DNA of 64,000 nucleotides, taken from NCBI GenBank assembly GCA_040904565.1, contig JBBDTI010000094.1, positions 1 to 64,000 on the forward strand. Reading direction: 5' to 3'. The position numbers and the translations under genes were made by a program. This DNA is from Rhodothermales bacterium (GTDB taxonomy: Bacteria > Bacteroidota > Rhodothermia > Rhodothermales > VXPQ01). The notes beneath the pieces are model-generated. The model ran no database searches. It saw only the letters and a program-made list of their open reading frames with translations, and was not told the DNA's origin. Shown piece by piece: positions 47,350 to 57,383 of this stretch (position 1 is the first letter of the stretch; the number at the start of each line of letters is the position of its first letter).

Positions 47350-48183
47350 CTACGATTCTCCCGGCTCGTCGTCGGTCGTAGTATGGCTGTTAACCCCCAG
47401 CGATGCAAGGTCCGGAGACGAGAAGAACTCAAACAGAGTATCCGATCGAAGCCCGAGCCGCAACGTTTCCAGAGGGATGATCTCTTCGGGGCCGATGTTG
47501 CCAAGGTTAACGTTCGTACCGAGATGCTGTATGAACCAGACCTGCTGCGGCTTCTTCGGCGCTTCAAAAATGAGACGGTCCCTGTCGATGAGGTCGACGA
47601 TTTCTTCGACGAGGCCCGTTCGCACCTCGCCGTTGGGTCGATAGAGCCCGGCCGTTCCGCTTTCACGCGCCTCGCAGATTACTTTCCAGCTGCCCGCTTC
47701 CAGTTCGGCCTCAATCAGCCGCACCCATTTATAGGGTGGCATGATACGCTCCCTGTCCTTCGATCCGACCTCGCTCAGGACGCTGAAGTCCTCCGCAAAG
47801 GATCGGATGTAGGACAGTTTCTCCTCGTGCACGATGTGCAGCGTCCCGTCGGAGATCTCGACGTGCTCAAGGCGGAGCGATCGAAGCAGCTTTCGGTACG
47901 CGTCCAGCTGATCGCGCAAAAAAAACGCCTCGAACAGCGTTCCACCAAAATAAGCCGGTATGCCCGCACTTCGGTATACATCCAGCTTGCGTTCGAGCCC
48001 GGGCGTAATGGCGGCCGTACCCCAGCCCAGCTTGACGAGATCTACGTATTCTGCCGCCACATCCAGCACATCCTCGACCTGTCGCGGCGCGAGGCCCTTG
48101 TCCAGCAGCAGGGTCATGCCCGATTCACGCGGCTTTGCCGGGCGATCCGGGATTCCGATCATATCGAAACGTTCATGGATCAT
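47350..48183 (-). CDS. Phosphosulfolactate synthase (ComA/HSA32 family)
   Basis: KPRESGMT..LDKG, VKLGWGT, GGTLFE, SEVGSK, EARESG, IFEAP and E.LRLGLR.DT. Confidence 0.93.
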   Translation of the reverse strand: MIHERFDMIGIPDRPAKPRESGMTLLLDKGLAPRQVEDVLDVAAEYVDLVKLGWGTAAITPGLERKLDVYRSAGIPAYFGGTLFEAFFLRDQLDAYRKLLRSLRLEHVEISDGTLHIVHEEKLSYIRSFAEDFSVLSEVGSKDRERIMPPYKWVRLIEAELEAGSWKVICEARESGTAGLYRPNGEVRTGLVEEIVDLIDRDRLIFEAPKKPQQVWFIQHLGTNVNLGNIGPEEIIPLETLRLGLRSDTLFEFFSSPDLASLGVNSHTTTDDEPGES

Positions 48184-48299
48184 ATCGAACGGGATGTCTG
48201 GTCGGTCGTTACGGCGTGCCAGCTGCAGGGGGAATCGCTGGATCCGTCCGGAATCTACGGAACGTCAGGCTATGATATCAAAACCGGGTCATGGGGACG

Positions 48300-49565
48300 T
48301 CATCCCTCCACATTCACGGCGGAGGCCGGTTCGATAGCTGCTGCCCGGGATGCGGGATACAGGGCTGCGGCTGAACACAGGGCCACGGCGACGACGCTGA
48401 TCGCCACGACGTCCAGGACCTGAATCGAGATCGGATAGGCACTGATCATGAACGATTCGGCCCCGGCGAGCGGCACGAGTTCGTAGCGCTGCTGGAGCCA
48501 TGCGAGCCCGAGGCCGGCCACCAGACCGAAGAACGTCCCGACACCGCCCACGAGCAAGCCTTCCAGCATAAAAATCCGGCGTATGTTCCGTCGCGAGACG
48601 CCCATCGCCTGCAGCACGCCCACGTCTCGCCGCTTCTCGATCACGATCATCGTCAAGGAACCGACGATGTTGAAGGCGGCCACGATGATAATGAGGACGA
48701 GAATGAAGGATGCGCCCCATTTCTCCAGGCGCATAACGTCGTAGAGCGATTTCTGCAGGTCGTACCAGGTCAGGACCTCGTAGTACTGCGGATCGAGCTG
48801 CGCCGAAAGGGTCCGCTTGACCTCGTCGGCCCGATCCAGATTTCCGAGCCGAAGCTCGACTCCGGAGACGACGTCTCCCATCCTGAGCAGACGTTGGGCT
48901 TCCTCGAGCGCGATAAACACGTGGCTCTCATCGTAGACATCCTGCAGCTCGAAAAGACCCCGGACCTCGAACCACATCAAGGGCGCGCCCCCGAACACGT
49001 TGGCCATCGTACGCTCGAGCGCCGGTGCAGAGAGAAGGGCAACGAGACTCGATGCCTCGGACTCTGCGGCGGGGGCGAGTGCGAACTGACGGGCGAGCGA
49101 CATCCCCGCCACCACGCCGGGTCTTCCGTTGCGCCGGGCCAGGTCGAACGAACCGAAGCCGGTGCCTTCGACGACGTCGCTCACGCCGGCATACGCATCC
49201 GGGTCGACGCCACGTACGATGACGACCTTGTTCACGTCGGTGCCCCTCCTCGGTACGAGCAGCGCCTTGCCCTCCACATAGGCCGACGCATACCGTACGT
49301 CCGGCAGTTCGAGTGCCACCGCCATCAACGAATCCGCGTTGCGTATCCCCCCGTCTTCCACACTGACGATACGCACGTGGGGGTCCAGCGAGACGAGCAG
49401 GTCTCGCACGAAGTCGTAGAAACCATTCATCACGGACAGCACCACGATCAGGGCCGCTACACCGAGGGTGACGCCGGCCACCGATATCCCGGTGATGAAC
49501 GATATGAGCGTGACGCGCCGACGACTAACGAGATACCGCCGGGCAATCAGAAAACGATAATCCAC
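48300..49565 (-). CDS. LolC/E-like (FtsX family) ABC permease
   Basis: IARRYL, VLSVMNGF, AAFNI...EKRRDVG.L..MG and YPA.RAA. Confidence 0.92.
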   Translation of the reverse strand: MDYRFLIARRYLVSRRRVTLISFITGISVAGVTLGVAALIVVLSVMNGFYDFVRDLLVSLDPHVRIVSVEDGGIRNADSLMAVALELPDVRYASAYVEGKALLVPRRGTDVNKVVIVRGVDPDAYAGVSDVVEGTGFGSFDLARRNGRPGVVAGMSLARQFALAPAAESEASSLVALLSAPALERTMANVFGGAPLMWFEVRGLFELQDVYDESHVFIALEEAQRLLRMGDVVSGVELRLGNLDRADEVKRTLSAQLDPQYYEVLTWYDLQKSLYDVMRLEKWGASFILVLIIIVAAFNIVGSLTMIVIEKRRDVGVLQAMGVSRRNIRRIFMLEGLLVGGVGTFFGLVAGLGLAWLQQRYELVPLAGAESFMISAYPISIQVLDVVAISVVAVALCSAAALYPASRAAAIEPASAVNVEG

Positions 49566-49577
49566 CCGCGTGACGAT

Positions 49578-50381
49578 CTATAGCATGGGCTGCGGATTGG
49601 TAAAGATGCCGTCCGGTGCTTCGGTAGGAACCTCGACGTTGTTCGTGTACAGAACCGATCCGTTACGAGGCTTTTCCTCCGAGACGACGATCTCGCCGTT
49701 CGGCGTGTCGAGCGTCGTATACCCGGACCAGTTGATCGGCTGCGGCACGTGGTCGTCCGGGTGACCCTGCAGGTGATAGGCCCACGCATCTATGAGCCCC
49801 GTCTCCTTTTCCACATACACCCAGTACTGATCGCCCGGTGTCAAGCCTACCTCGCCGAAGGAAAGGTGGAGCACGTCGCGTTCCGCATTGGAGGAATCGG
49901 CTACGTACGTCCGATTGACACCCGCATCGAACAGCTTGACGGGCATCAAGAGCCAGTACGTGTCGTTGATAAAGCGCCGATAGGCCGTGTCGAGCCACTC
50001 GGACTCCTCCTCGCCCTCGAGCTCTTCGCCATCCAGGTATACGTCGCCCTCTCGCGTGTTAACGTTGAAGAGCGCCACGAACACCGAGTCTTCACCCGCC
50101 GGCATTTCAACGCGGTAATCTCCCGTGGTGCGGTCCCAGAAGTGACGAACGGGGTTGTCGGCCCCTCCAAAGTTGAAGCGCAGATACGGCAGCGCAGCCC
50201 AGGCCTCGGGACCGCCGTGCGCCTCAAACACGGTCATGGCGACGGAATCCGCCTTGGTCTGCAGCGGCGGCATCTCGACGGACGGCGAGCCGTCCGTATC
50301 GGTTGGGCGCTCCGAACATCCGACGAGAGCGGCGCTCGATAAAATTATGAGGCAGAGGGTTGCAAATTCAGGAAAGGTCAT
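49578..50381 (-). CDS. Hypothetical lipoprotein
   Basis: Lipobox LVGC, AHGG..AW, NDTYWL.MP.KL and GLTPGD.Y motifs. Confidence 0.75.
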   Translation of the reverse strand: MTFPEFATLCLIILSSAALVGCSERPTDTDGSPSVEMPPLQTKADSVAMTVFEAHGGPEAWAALPYLRFNFGGADNPVRHFWDRTTGDYRVEMPAGEDSVFVALFNVNTREGDVYLDGEELEGEEESEWLDTAYRRFINDTYWLLMPVKLFDAGVNRTYVADSSNAERDVLHLSFGEVGLTPGDQYWVYVEKETGLIDAWAYHLQGHPDDHVPQPINWSGYTTLDTPNGEIVVSEEKPRNGSVLYTNNVEVPTEAPDGIFTNPQPML

Positions 50382-50530
50382 GTCAGATCCTCAAGGATGT
50401 GTTCGGGCCATCTCCGATAAACGCCACCCCGATGAGCGGCATGGGATAGGTGCATAATAGCAAAATGATAGAACAATCCGACTTCAGTGCGGGTTCGATT
50501 GAGACGTGCAAGTAACCGATTCCCTCTGCC

Positions 50531-51244
50531 ATGCCGAGTTCCTCCGTCGTACAGCGGATCGTCGTATTGGCTCTCGCCGTCCTCCTGGCGAATTCGGCTG
50601 CGTCCGCCCAGTCGCGGGCGGACACGACCGCGGGCGACGGTGAAGGGGCGTATGGCTCGGGCCTCGGCGGGGCGATCCTTTTGACCAATTCCGGGTTCGG
50701 CCTGGGCGGCTATTATCACCGCGCCGTTTCCTCCAATACGTCGTTCATGGTGGAGGCGAGCCTGGGAGCAGGCAAGGATGAACGGGAGCTGAAGTTCTTT
50801 CGGTTTGGCAGCAGCTACATTCCAAACAAAGCGAATTATCTGTTGATGATGCCCGTTCAGATCGGAGTGGTTCACCGGTTGTTTCGCGACACGATCGAGG
50901 ACAACTTCCGTCCGTACGTGCAGGTATCGGTCGGACCCACGTTTGGATGGGAATATCCCTATTTCGACGATCTGAATAGAAACGGGTCGTATGACGGTGG
51001 GGACGAGCGTATTTACGATTCGATAGGAGCTATTCCGAAAGGCGATATTCGGCTCGGCTACGGGGGAGCGCTCGCCATTGGCGCGCACTTCGGCTCGAGC
51101 AGGAACGTGGCGCAGGGCATCCGTATCGGATACGCGTTTACCCGGTTTCGGAATGGAATTCAGCTGCTGGAACCGCAGGTGCAGGATGCACAGCGGTTCT
51201 TCGGAACGCCTACGATCACGCTGACCTTCGGTAAGCTGCTCTAG
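50531..51244 (+). CDS. Hypothetical exported, probable outer-membrane beta-barrel protein
   Basis: Signal peptide (ASA|Q) and alternating amphipathic beta-strands. Confidence 0.65.
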   Translation: MPSSSVVQRIVVLALAVLLANSAASAQSRADTTAGDGEGAYGSGLGGAILLTNSGFGLGGYYHRAVSSNTSFMVEASLGAGKDERELKFFRFGSSYIPNKANYLLMMPVQIGVVHRLFRDTIEDNFRPYVQVSVGPTFGWEYPYFDDLNRNGSYDGGDERIYDSIGAIPKGDIRLGYGGALAIGAHFGSSRNVAQGIRIGYAFTRFRNGIQLLEPQVQDAQRFFGTPTITLTFGKLL

Positions 51245-51266
51245 CGAGCCGCTGAAGGACGGCGCG

Positions 51267-52361
51267 CTATACGTTGAAGCGGAACAGGATGACATCTCCG
51301 TCGGCGACCGTGTAGTCGCGCCCCTCGGCTCGAAGCACGCCTGCGTCCCGCGCCTTGGCCTCGGATCCGTGCTTGACGAAGTCCGCGTACTTGACCGTCT
51401 CGGCGCGGATGAATCCGCGCTCGAAGTCCGTGTGAATGACGCCCGCGGCTTGCGGCGCCTTCGTGCCCCGCTCTATCGTCCACGCCCGCGTTTCCTTCGG
51501 ACCCGTCGTGAAGAACGTTACGAGTCCGAGCAGCTGGTAGGCCGCGTGGACCAGCCGTTCCAGTCCGGATGCATCCAACCCTACCTCGTCCAGGTATGCC
51601 TGCCTGTCGCCCTCTTCCAGTTCGGCGAGCTGCGCCTCCAGGTCGGCGCAGACCACCACGACCCCGGCCCCCTCCTCGTCCGCGATGCCACGCACGACAT
51701 GTACGTAGGTGTTCCCGTCGGGCAGCTCTCCTTCGGCAACGTTCGCCGCATAGAGGACCGGCTTGGCCGACAGCAGGAACAGGGATTCGAGCCACGGTTC
51801 TTCTTCCGCTCGCACGGACAGGCTTCGAACCGGTTTACCATCGCCCAGATGATCCTGAACCCGCTCGTAAAAGGCCAGCTCGTCACGAATCCTGCGGTCG
51901 CCACCCTTAGCCTGCTTGGCCGTCTTTTCGATGCGTCGTTCGAGCGTGTCGAGGTCTTTCAGGAGGAGCTCCGTCTCTATGATCTCGATATCTCGGGCGG
52001 GATCGACGGATCCCGAAACGTGGACGATGTTTGGATCATCGAAGCATCGAACCACGTGAATGATCGCATCCACCTCCCGGATGTGCGCCAGGAACTGGTT
52101 CCCGAGGCCTTCGCCTTTCGAAGCCCCTTCGACGAGGCCGGCAATATCCACAAACTCGATAGCCGTCGGCGTCTCCTTGGCCGAGTTTGATAGGTCAGCG
52201 AGCCGGTGGAGCCGCTCGTCGGGTATGGGGACGATCCCGACATTCGGTTCGATCGTGCAGAAGGGATAGTTCTGCGATTCGGCTCCCGCTTCACTGAGAG
52301 CGTTAAACAACGTCGACTTCCCGACATTCGGCAATCCAACAATGCCGCAACGAAGCGCCAT
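51267..52361 (-). CDS. ychF: Redox-regulated ribosome-binding ATPase
   Basis: GLPNVGKST, YPFCTIEPN, DIAGL, IHTDFERGFI and C-terminal FRFNV. Confidence 0.98.
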   Translation of the reverse strand: MALRCGIVGLPNVGKSTLFNALSEAGAESQNYPFCTIEPNVGIVPIPDERLHRLADLSNSAKETPTAIEFVDIAGLVEGASKGEGLGNQFLAHIREVDAIIHVVRCFDDPNIVHVSGSVDPARDIEIIETELLLKDLDTLERRIEKTAKQAKGGDRRIRDELAFYERVQDHLGDGKPVRSLSVRAEEEPWLESLFLLSAKPVLYAANVAEGELPDGNTYVHVVRGIADEEGAGVVVVCADLEAQLAELEEGDRQAYLDEVGLDASGLERLVHAAYQLLGLVTFFTTGPKETRAWTIERGTKAPQAAGVIHTDFERGFIRAETVKYADFVKHGSEAKARDAGVLRAEGRDYTVADGDVILFRFNV

Positions 52362-52375
52362 CTTGCATATCTTCT

Positions 52376-52960
52376 ATGAGCGTACGACTTATCGACGATC
52401 ATCCGCCAAGACGATCCTTGAAGCGAATCAGCCCGCTAATCGGACGACCCGCTAATTGTTCCTTTCTGGCAGGACTCACGCTTCTCCTGATCGGACTGGT
52501 GAGCGTGCCGTCTCGTGCCGTTGCCCAGGACGCCGGCGCGCCCCGGGTGCAGCTCGGCCTGGGCGTGCTCCCCGGCGTCGGTGCTCAGGCGGCCTACATT
52601 ATGCCCCGAGGGTTCTACACGTTCGAGAGCGTGTTGCTGGTTGATGGAGCCCCCAGTTTCGCCGGTGGGGAAGGAAGCGTTCAGGTCGCCGGCGGCGTGG
52701 GAGGTGCCATACGCGTTCTGGGTATCCTTCGCACGCTCGGCAGCCCGGGTTACGTGGGACGCAACATCGATGTCGGTCTTCGGTTCGGCCCGAGTCTCTT
52801 TTTTACCGTCGGCGAGTCCAGCCGCGACGAGAATCCGTTCAGTCTTTTCCTGGAGCCCTTCGTGCGTGCGACCTCCGACTTCGGTGCCGATCGCATTTTC
52901 TTTGCCGAAATCGGTATTCAGCGACCCTTTCTACGGGGTGGCATCTGGATCGACCTGTAG
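52376..52960 (+). CDS. Hypothetical exported beta-strand protein
   Basis: Signal-like hydrophobic stretch and a beta-rich body. Start is uncertain. Confidence 0.6.
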   Translation: MSVRLIDDHPPRRSLKRISPLIGRPANCSFLAGLTLLLIGLVSVPSRAVAQDAGAPRVQLGLGVLPGVGAQAAYIMPRGFYTFESVLLVDGAPSFAGGEGSVQVAGGVGGAIRVLGILRTLGSPGYVGRNIDVGLRFGPSLFFTVGESSRDENPFSLFLEPFVRATSDFGADRIFFAEIGIQRPFLRGGIWIDL

Positions 52961-52964
52961 CGCG

Positions 52965-53621
52965 TTATCCCTGATACGGTACGGAGATGAACTCGCGCTC
53001 AGGCAACCGCACCGCCGTCAGTTTTCCCATCCCCGGGTGCATGTGATACACGCATCCGGTATCGATCAGGATCAACTTTTCTTCGTTCACGGGCGCGTCG
53101 TGGGGCGTGTGCCCGCAAACGACCGGCTTTTCCCAGGCCACGTCGTTGGCTTGGAGGTGTGCTCTCTCCCAGAGGAAAATTTGCTCGTCACCCCGCTCGA
53201 TATTTTCCTTAATCGTTAGTTGCGGTCTCAGACCGGCATGGACAAAAAAGAAGTCGTCCGCGTCGTAGTAAAGTCTCGTTGCTTCAAGAAAATCTACGTG
53301 CCGCTCGGGAATCTCGTACTCGCCGCTCACGGCCTTGTAGCTCTCTAGCGTCTCCAGGCCGCCGTTCATCTTCCACAGTTCAAATCCACCGCCGTCCAGA
53401 TAATCCAGCATGAGCGCTTCGTGATTCCCGCGAAGATAGGTGCACCGGGTCCGTTCGGTCAGGTCGATCAGGCGATTGATCACACCGCTGGAGTTGGGCC
53501 CTCGATCGACGTAGTCTCCCACGAATACGAGATGGTCGTCGGGTGTCGGCCGCAGCTCATCAATGAGGGCATCCAGGGAGTGTGCACACCCGTGCACGTC
53601 TCCGATAGCGATTAGACCCAT
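52965..53621 (-). CDS. Metallophosphoesterase (PPP/PphA-like)
   Basis: GDVHG, GDYVDRG, GNHE, HAG, GHT and DTG. Confidence 0.93.
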   Translation of the reverse strand: MGLIAIGDVHGCAHSLDALIDELRPTPDDHLVFVGDYVDRGPNSSGVINRLIDLTERTRCTYLRGNHEALMLDYLDGGGFELWKMNGGLETLESYKAVSGEYEIPERHVDFLEATRLYYDADDFFFVHAGLRPQLTIKENIERGDEQIFLWERAHLQANDVAWEKPVVCGHTPHDAPVNEEKLILIDTGCVYHMHPGMGKLTAVRLPEREFISVPYQG

Positions 53622-53651
53622 TCGATCATCCTGATACTGTAGCGTATACGC

Positions 53652-54131
53652 CTATGAGCTCGATCGATCCTGGATCGACTGCATCCCGACGAGGCCGCGA
53701 CCCGACTTTTTGAGCTTTCCACCATCCTGAAGGTCTAGGAGCACGGCATCGAGTATACCGTTGACGAACTGCCCACTCTTGGGTGTGCTATAGCGTTTCG
53801 CCACCTCTATGGCCTCATTAATCGAAACTTTTGGAGGAATATCCTCAAACGTCAGCAGCTCCGCGATGGCCATGCGGAGGACGATATGATCGATGAGTGC
53901 GATGCGGGATAGGTCCCAGTTGTCGGTATGCCTCCCGATCATCTCGTCCAACTCCTCCGTGCGCCCAAGAGTACGGAGGAAAAGACTCTCTGCAAACTTT
54001 AGATTCTCGGCGTCGTCCTTAAGCCGCGGCCTGATGAGCGTATCTATGAAGTGCCGAACGTCTCCTCCCGCAATCTCTCGCGCATAGAGGGCCTGCATGA
54101 CTCGTTCTCTTGCTTCCCTTCGATTACTCAT
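53652..54131 (-). CDS. nusB: Transcription antitermination factor
   Basis: RREARE...QALY, P.KVSINEAIE.AK and FVNGILD. Confidence 0.97.
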   Translation of the reverse strand: MSNRREARERVMQALYAREIAGGDVRHFIDTLIRPRLKDDAENLKFAESLFLRTLGRTEELDEMIGRHTDNWDLSRIALIDHIVLRMAIAELLTFEDIPPKVSINEAIEVAKRYSTPKSGQFVNGILDAVLLDLQDGGKLKKSGRGLVGMQSIQDRSSS

Positions 54132-54470
54132 AATGTCAAGCTACTGCTCAGGAACGGCTACGCGCGAACGGGCCGTCAATGCTGGTACGATGCGTGTCGG
54201 ATGACGGTGAGGCCGGTTGGGCACGGTCGACCTCGCGCAAGGGCGACGATACACGCCGGAAAGCTACATATTCATGAACCCCGCTGAGGTTCTTCCGGCA
54301 ACCCACTTTCATACGCTGTTCGCTCCAAATCGACGGACCCGACGCGCAAAGAGGTTACGTAGCCGGTAGGTAGCGTGTCTACCGAATGGGGCGATCCTGC
54401 CAGCCCCGTCCCCGGTCTTCGTACGTCGCCGTACGGAGAGATACTGCGTTTCAGCTCGCCTTCTTCCTCG

Positions 54471-56906
54471 ATGCGTGTGCCCGTTCCTGTAGCCGGTTAT
54501 CCTGCCGCCGCTGCGTCCATCGCCTTTGCCAGCGGCATCGTGGCCGCCTCGTGCGTGCCGTGGGATGCGGGAGCATGGCTGACGCGATTGGGTCTCGTAG
54601 CGGTGCTCCCAGGGGCCCTGTGGGGACTATCCCGTTCGATTCGCCCATTGAATCCAGACCCCGGCGTCATCACCCTCATTGCATTGATCGCAACGCTCTG
54701 TGCGGGGGCTATGCGATACACCACGTTTTATGCAATTCCTCAGAACCACGATGTGCTGGCGTTCGCCGCCGAGCGCGAGTCGGAATGGACGGGTTACGTC
54801 GCCGATCCGCCGACGATTTCACGGGGAAGCGTTCGCTTCACCCTACGATTGAAAGGGAACGATTCGTCCCTCGGCATCCTCGTATCGGGACGCTTGCCGC
54901 CCGGGACGCGCGTCAGTCAATGCGATGCCGTCCGCGTTCGCGGCCGCTCCGCTCGACTCCCACGCCCACGCAATCCCGGGGAATTCGACTATGGGTCGCA
55001 CCTGGCACGGCAGCGCATCTACCTCCGGGTTTACCTTTCCGACGGCGGACTAACCCATATAGGCCGGCGGCGCAGCGGATTCATCTGTGCGGCGGAACCG
55101 ATACGATCGATCGTACGCGCTCGCCTCGATCGATACGTGTCTGAAGAACGCCCCCGGGCCGTACTGCAGGCACTCATCCTCGGAGACAGACGCGGGATCG
55201 ATAGCGGCATCCGCGGTCAGTTCGCGCGAATGGGCCTGCTTCATCTGCTGGCGGTATCCGGTCTGCACGTTATGGTCGTAGGGATGGTTTTCTACCGGGT
55301 CATCGGTCCATCTCTCAAGCGGATGGGGTTCAGCTGGCGATCAGCGAATCGGCTTCGAGCAACGTCCACGGCCCTCCTCCTCGTTGGATATATGTTGTTG
55401 ACGGGATGTACGGCCTCAGTCGTTCGCGCCGTCGTCATGGCGCTACTCTTCTTGCTCTCGACCGTGCTCCAGCGACCTTCGCGGCCCATCAATACGCTGG
55501 GACTCGCCGTTATGCTTCTCCTCGTCGTCCGGCCCGCGCACCTCTATGAGGCAGGGTTTCAGCTCTCCGTCACTGCGGTTGCGGCTATACTGCTTATCAC
55601 CCCACAGCTCCAGGTGTGGATACCTGTACCTTCTGGAAAAGTACTGCGACATGTCCACGGCGTGACGTCGGTCACCGTAGCGGCAACACTCGGCACGCTC
55701 CCCGTCGTGCTGTTTCACTTCGGCCAGGTTGGGCTGGCCGGACTCCTACTCAACATTCCGGGGATTCCACTGACGACGGCGGCTCTCGCAGCAGGGATCG
55801 CGGCGATCGTCTCCGGCGGTTCGATCGAGGCGGCCGGATTGAACATGGGCTCGTCCGCGACCCTGCTGGCACAAGCACTACTGTCTGTCGCCGAACTGGG
55901 AGATATCTACATGCCGTGGAGCGTCGTTCGTCTTCACATCGAAGATCCGACGATCACCGCGGCGATCGCCCTTATCGTCGTCGCCATTTCAGCTGGGTTC
56001 GCTCCAGCACATCGATGGAGATGCCTGCTGGCTGCACTAACCTTGTGGACGCTGCATCTGGGCACCGGGATCGTACGAGGCGACTACCGACCACACGTCG
56101 ATCTCGTGTTTTTTGACGTGGGACAGGGGGATGCCATATTGCTCCGCTTTCCGGGTGGTAAGAACGTGCTGGTCGATGCCGGACCGCGATCCATCTTCAC
56201 CGATGCGGGAGCTCGCGTCATTCTGCCGCAACTCACCTATCACGGTGTATCACGCCTGTCGAGCGTCGTCATTACGCATCCTGACAGCGATCATCTCGGC
56301 GGACTTCCAACGCTCCTGCGTTCCGTACCTGTGGATCGCGTGATACAATCGGATTACCAGCATACCTCCGCCCTATACCTCGAGACGGAGTCCATCGTCG
56401 ACAGCCTCGGTGTACCTCGTCAGACGGTTCGTTCCGGCGATACGCTATCGTTCTCGCAGCAGGCCTACGTCCGCGTGCTGCATCCCCCAGCATCGTACGT
56501 AAAGGCAACACCGAACGAGCACTCGATCGTACTCGCGATTCGATTTGGAACCGTAACGGCACTGCTGATGGGAGACGTACCGGTCGAGGTGGAGTACGAC
56601 CTTCTCCAACGCTACGGAGATCTTCTACGTAGCGACATTCTGAAGGTGGGTCATCATGGCTCGCGTACCAGCTCGTCGGCCGCATTCGTCGCGGGTGTGC
56701 ATCCCCGGAAAGAAAGGGGAGAAGGAAAAATCCTTCCCTACGCGGTCATAAGCGTGGCGGAAAGCAATCGGTTTGGTCTGCCGGACGAAGACGTTATCGA
56801 TCGACTCCGGCGCACGGACTATAGAATTGCCATGACGGCGGAGTCAGGTGCCATCTGGATTCGAACGGATGGAAGGAATGTGAAGCAGGTCGATTGGCGC
56901 AAATGA
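54471..56906 (+). CDS. comEC: DNA internalization competence protein ComEC/Rec2
   Basis: RNPGEFDY, HLLAVSGLH, GFQLS, DVGQGD, THPDSDH and HHGS.TSS. Start is uncertain (54375 or 54471). Confidence 0.93.
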   Translation: MRVPVPVAGYPAAAASIAFASGIVAASCVPWDAGAWLTRLGLVAVLPGALWGLSRSIRPLNPDPGVITLIALIATLCAGAMRYTTFYAIPQNHDVLAFAAERESEWTGYVADPPTISRGSVRFTLRLKGNDSSLGILVSGRLPPGTRVSQCDAVRVRGRSARLPRPRNPGEFDYGSHLARQRIYLRVYLSDGGLTHIGRRRSGFICAAEPIRSIVRARLDRYVSEERPRAVLQALILGDRRGIDSGIRGQFARMGLLHLLAVSGLHVMVVGMVFYRVIGPSLKRMGFSWRSANRLRATSTALLLVGYMLLTGCTASVVRAVVMALLFLLSTVLQRPSRPINTLGLAVMLLLVVRPAHLYEAGFQLSVTAVAAILLITPQLQVWIPVPSGKVLRHVHGVTSVTVAATLGTLPVVLFHFGQVGLAGLLLNIPGIPLTTAALAAGIAAIVSGGSIEAAGLNMGSSATLLAQALLSVAELGDIYMPWSVVRLHIEDPTITAAIALIVVAISAGFAPAHRWRCLLAALTLWTLHLGTGIVRGDYRPHVDLVFFDVGQGDAILLRFPGGKNVLVDAGPRSIFTDAGARVILPQLTYHGVSRLSSVVITHPDSDHLGGLPTLLRSVPVDRVIQSDYQHTSALYLETESIVDSLGVPRQTVRSGDTLSFSQQAYVRVLHPPASYVKATPNEHSIVLAIRFGTVTALLMGDVPVEVEYDLLQRYGDLLRSDILKVGHHGSRTSSSAAFVAGVHPRKERGEGKILPYAVISVAESNRFGLPDEDVIDRLRRTDYRIAMTAESGAIWIRTDGRNVKQVDWRK

Positions 56907-56911
56907 AAGGA

Positions 56912-57290
56912 TTACGCACATCCTAACAGGCCCTAGTATAGTATCGGTATTATTTAAAAGAGTAGTAGTATGTTGTAGTAGGGGCTGTTGACATGTGGAG
57001 ATGTCGTCTTTTCACATTACCGTTTAGCGAATGTGGAAAATAACGCCGCTCTATACCCATTCTCATTCACGACGATTGTTTGGAATACGGTCGAGGGATC
57101 TGAAGTAAGAGCGAATTATACACGTTAATCCACGCCTCGCTCTATATGGTCGGACGGCGTTGTTCACACGCGTAGGCCTGTGAACATCATCTTGATCGAT
57201 GTTGGCAGCAGGGATACTTGTACACGCCAATCCACGGGGACGGCGGGTATTCACATGCGTGGGGATAACCTTGTGGCTTATCCACAGGGC
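56912..57290. other. Probable chromosomal replication origin (oriC)
   Basis: Intergenic region between convergent comEC and pgi. AT-rich TATTATTTAAAA (56948-56959), TAG-repeat trio tract (56961-56981), GGGGC clamp, then tandem degenerate boxes. Perfect TTATCCACA at 57278-57286 plus about ten boxes with 1-3 mismatches. Confidence 0.8.
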
Positions 57291-57383
57291 GTGCACAGCG
57301 ATTGCTCGATTGCGGTTGACCTGCCAGACGGGCGCGGCCGGTAGTTCACTCCGGCCGCGCGGCACGACATTGCCTCCTTCTTT

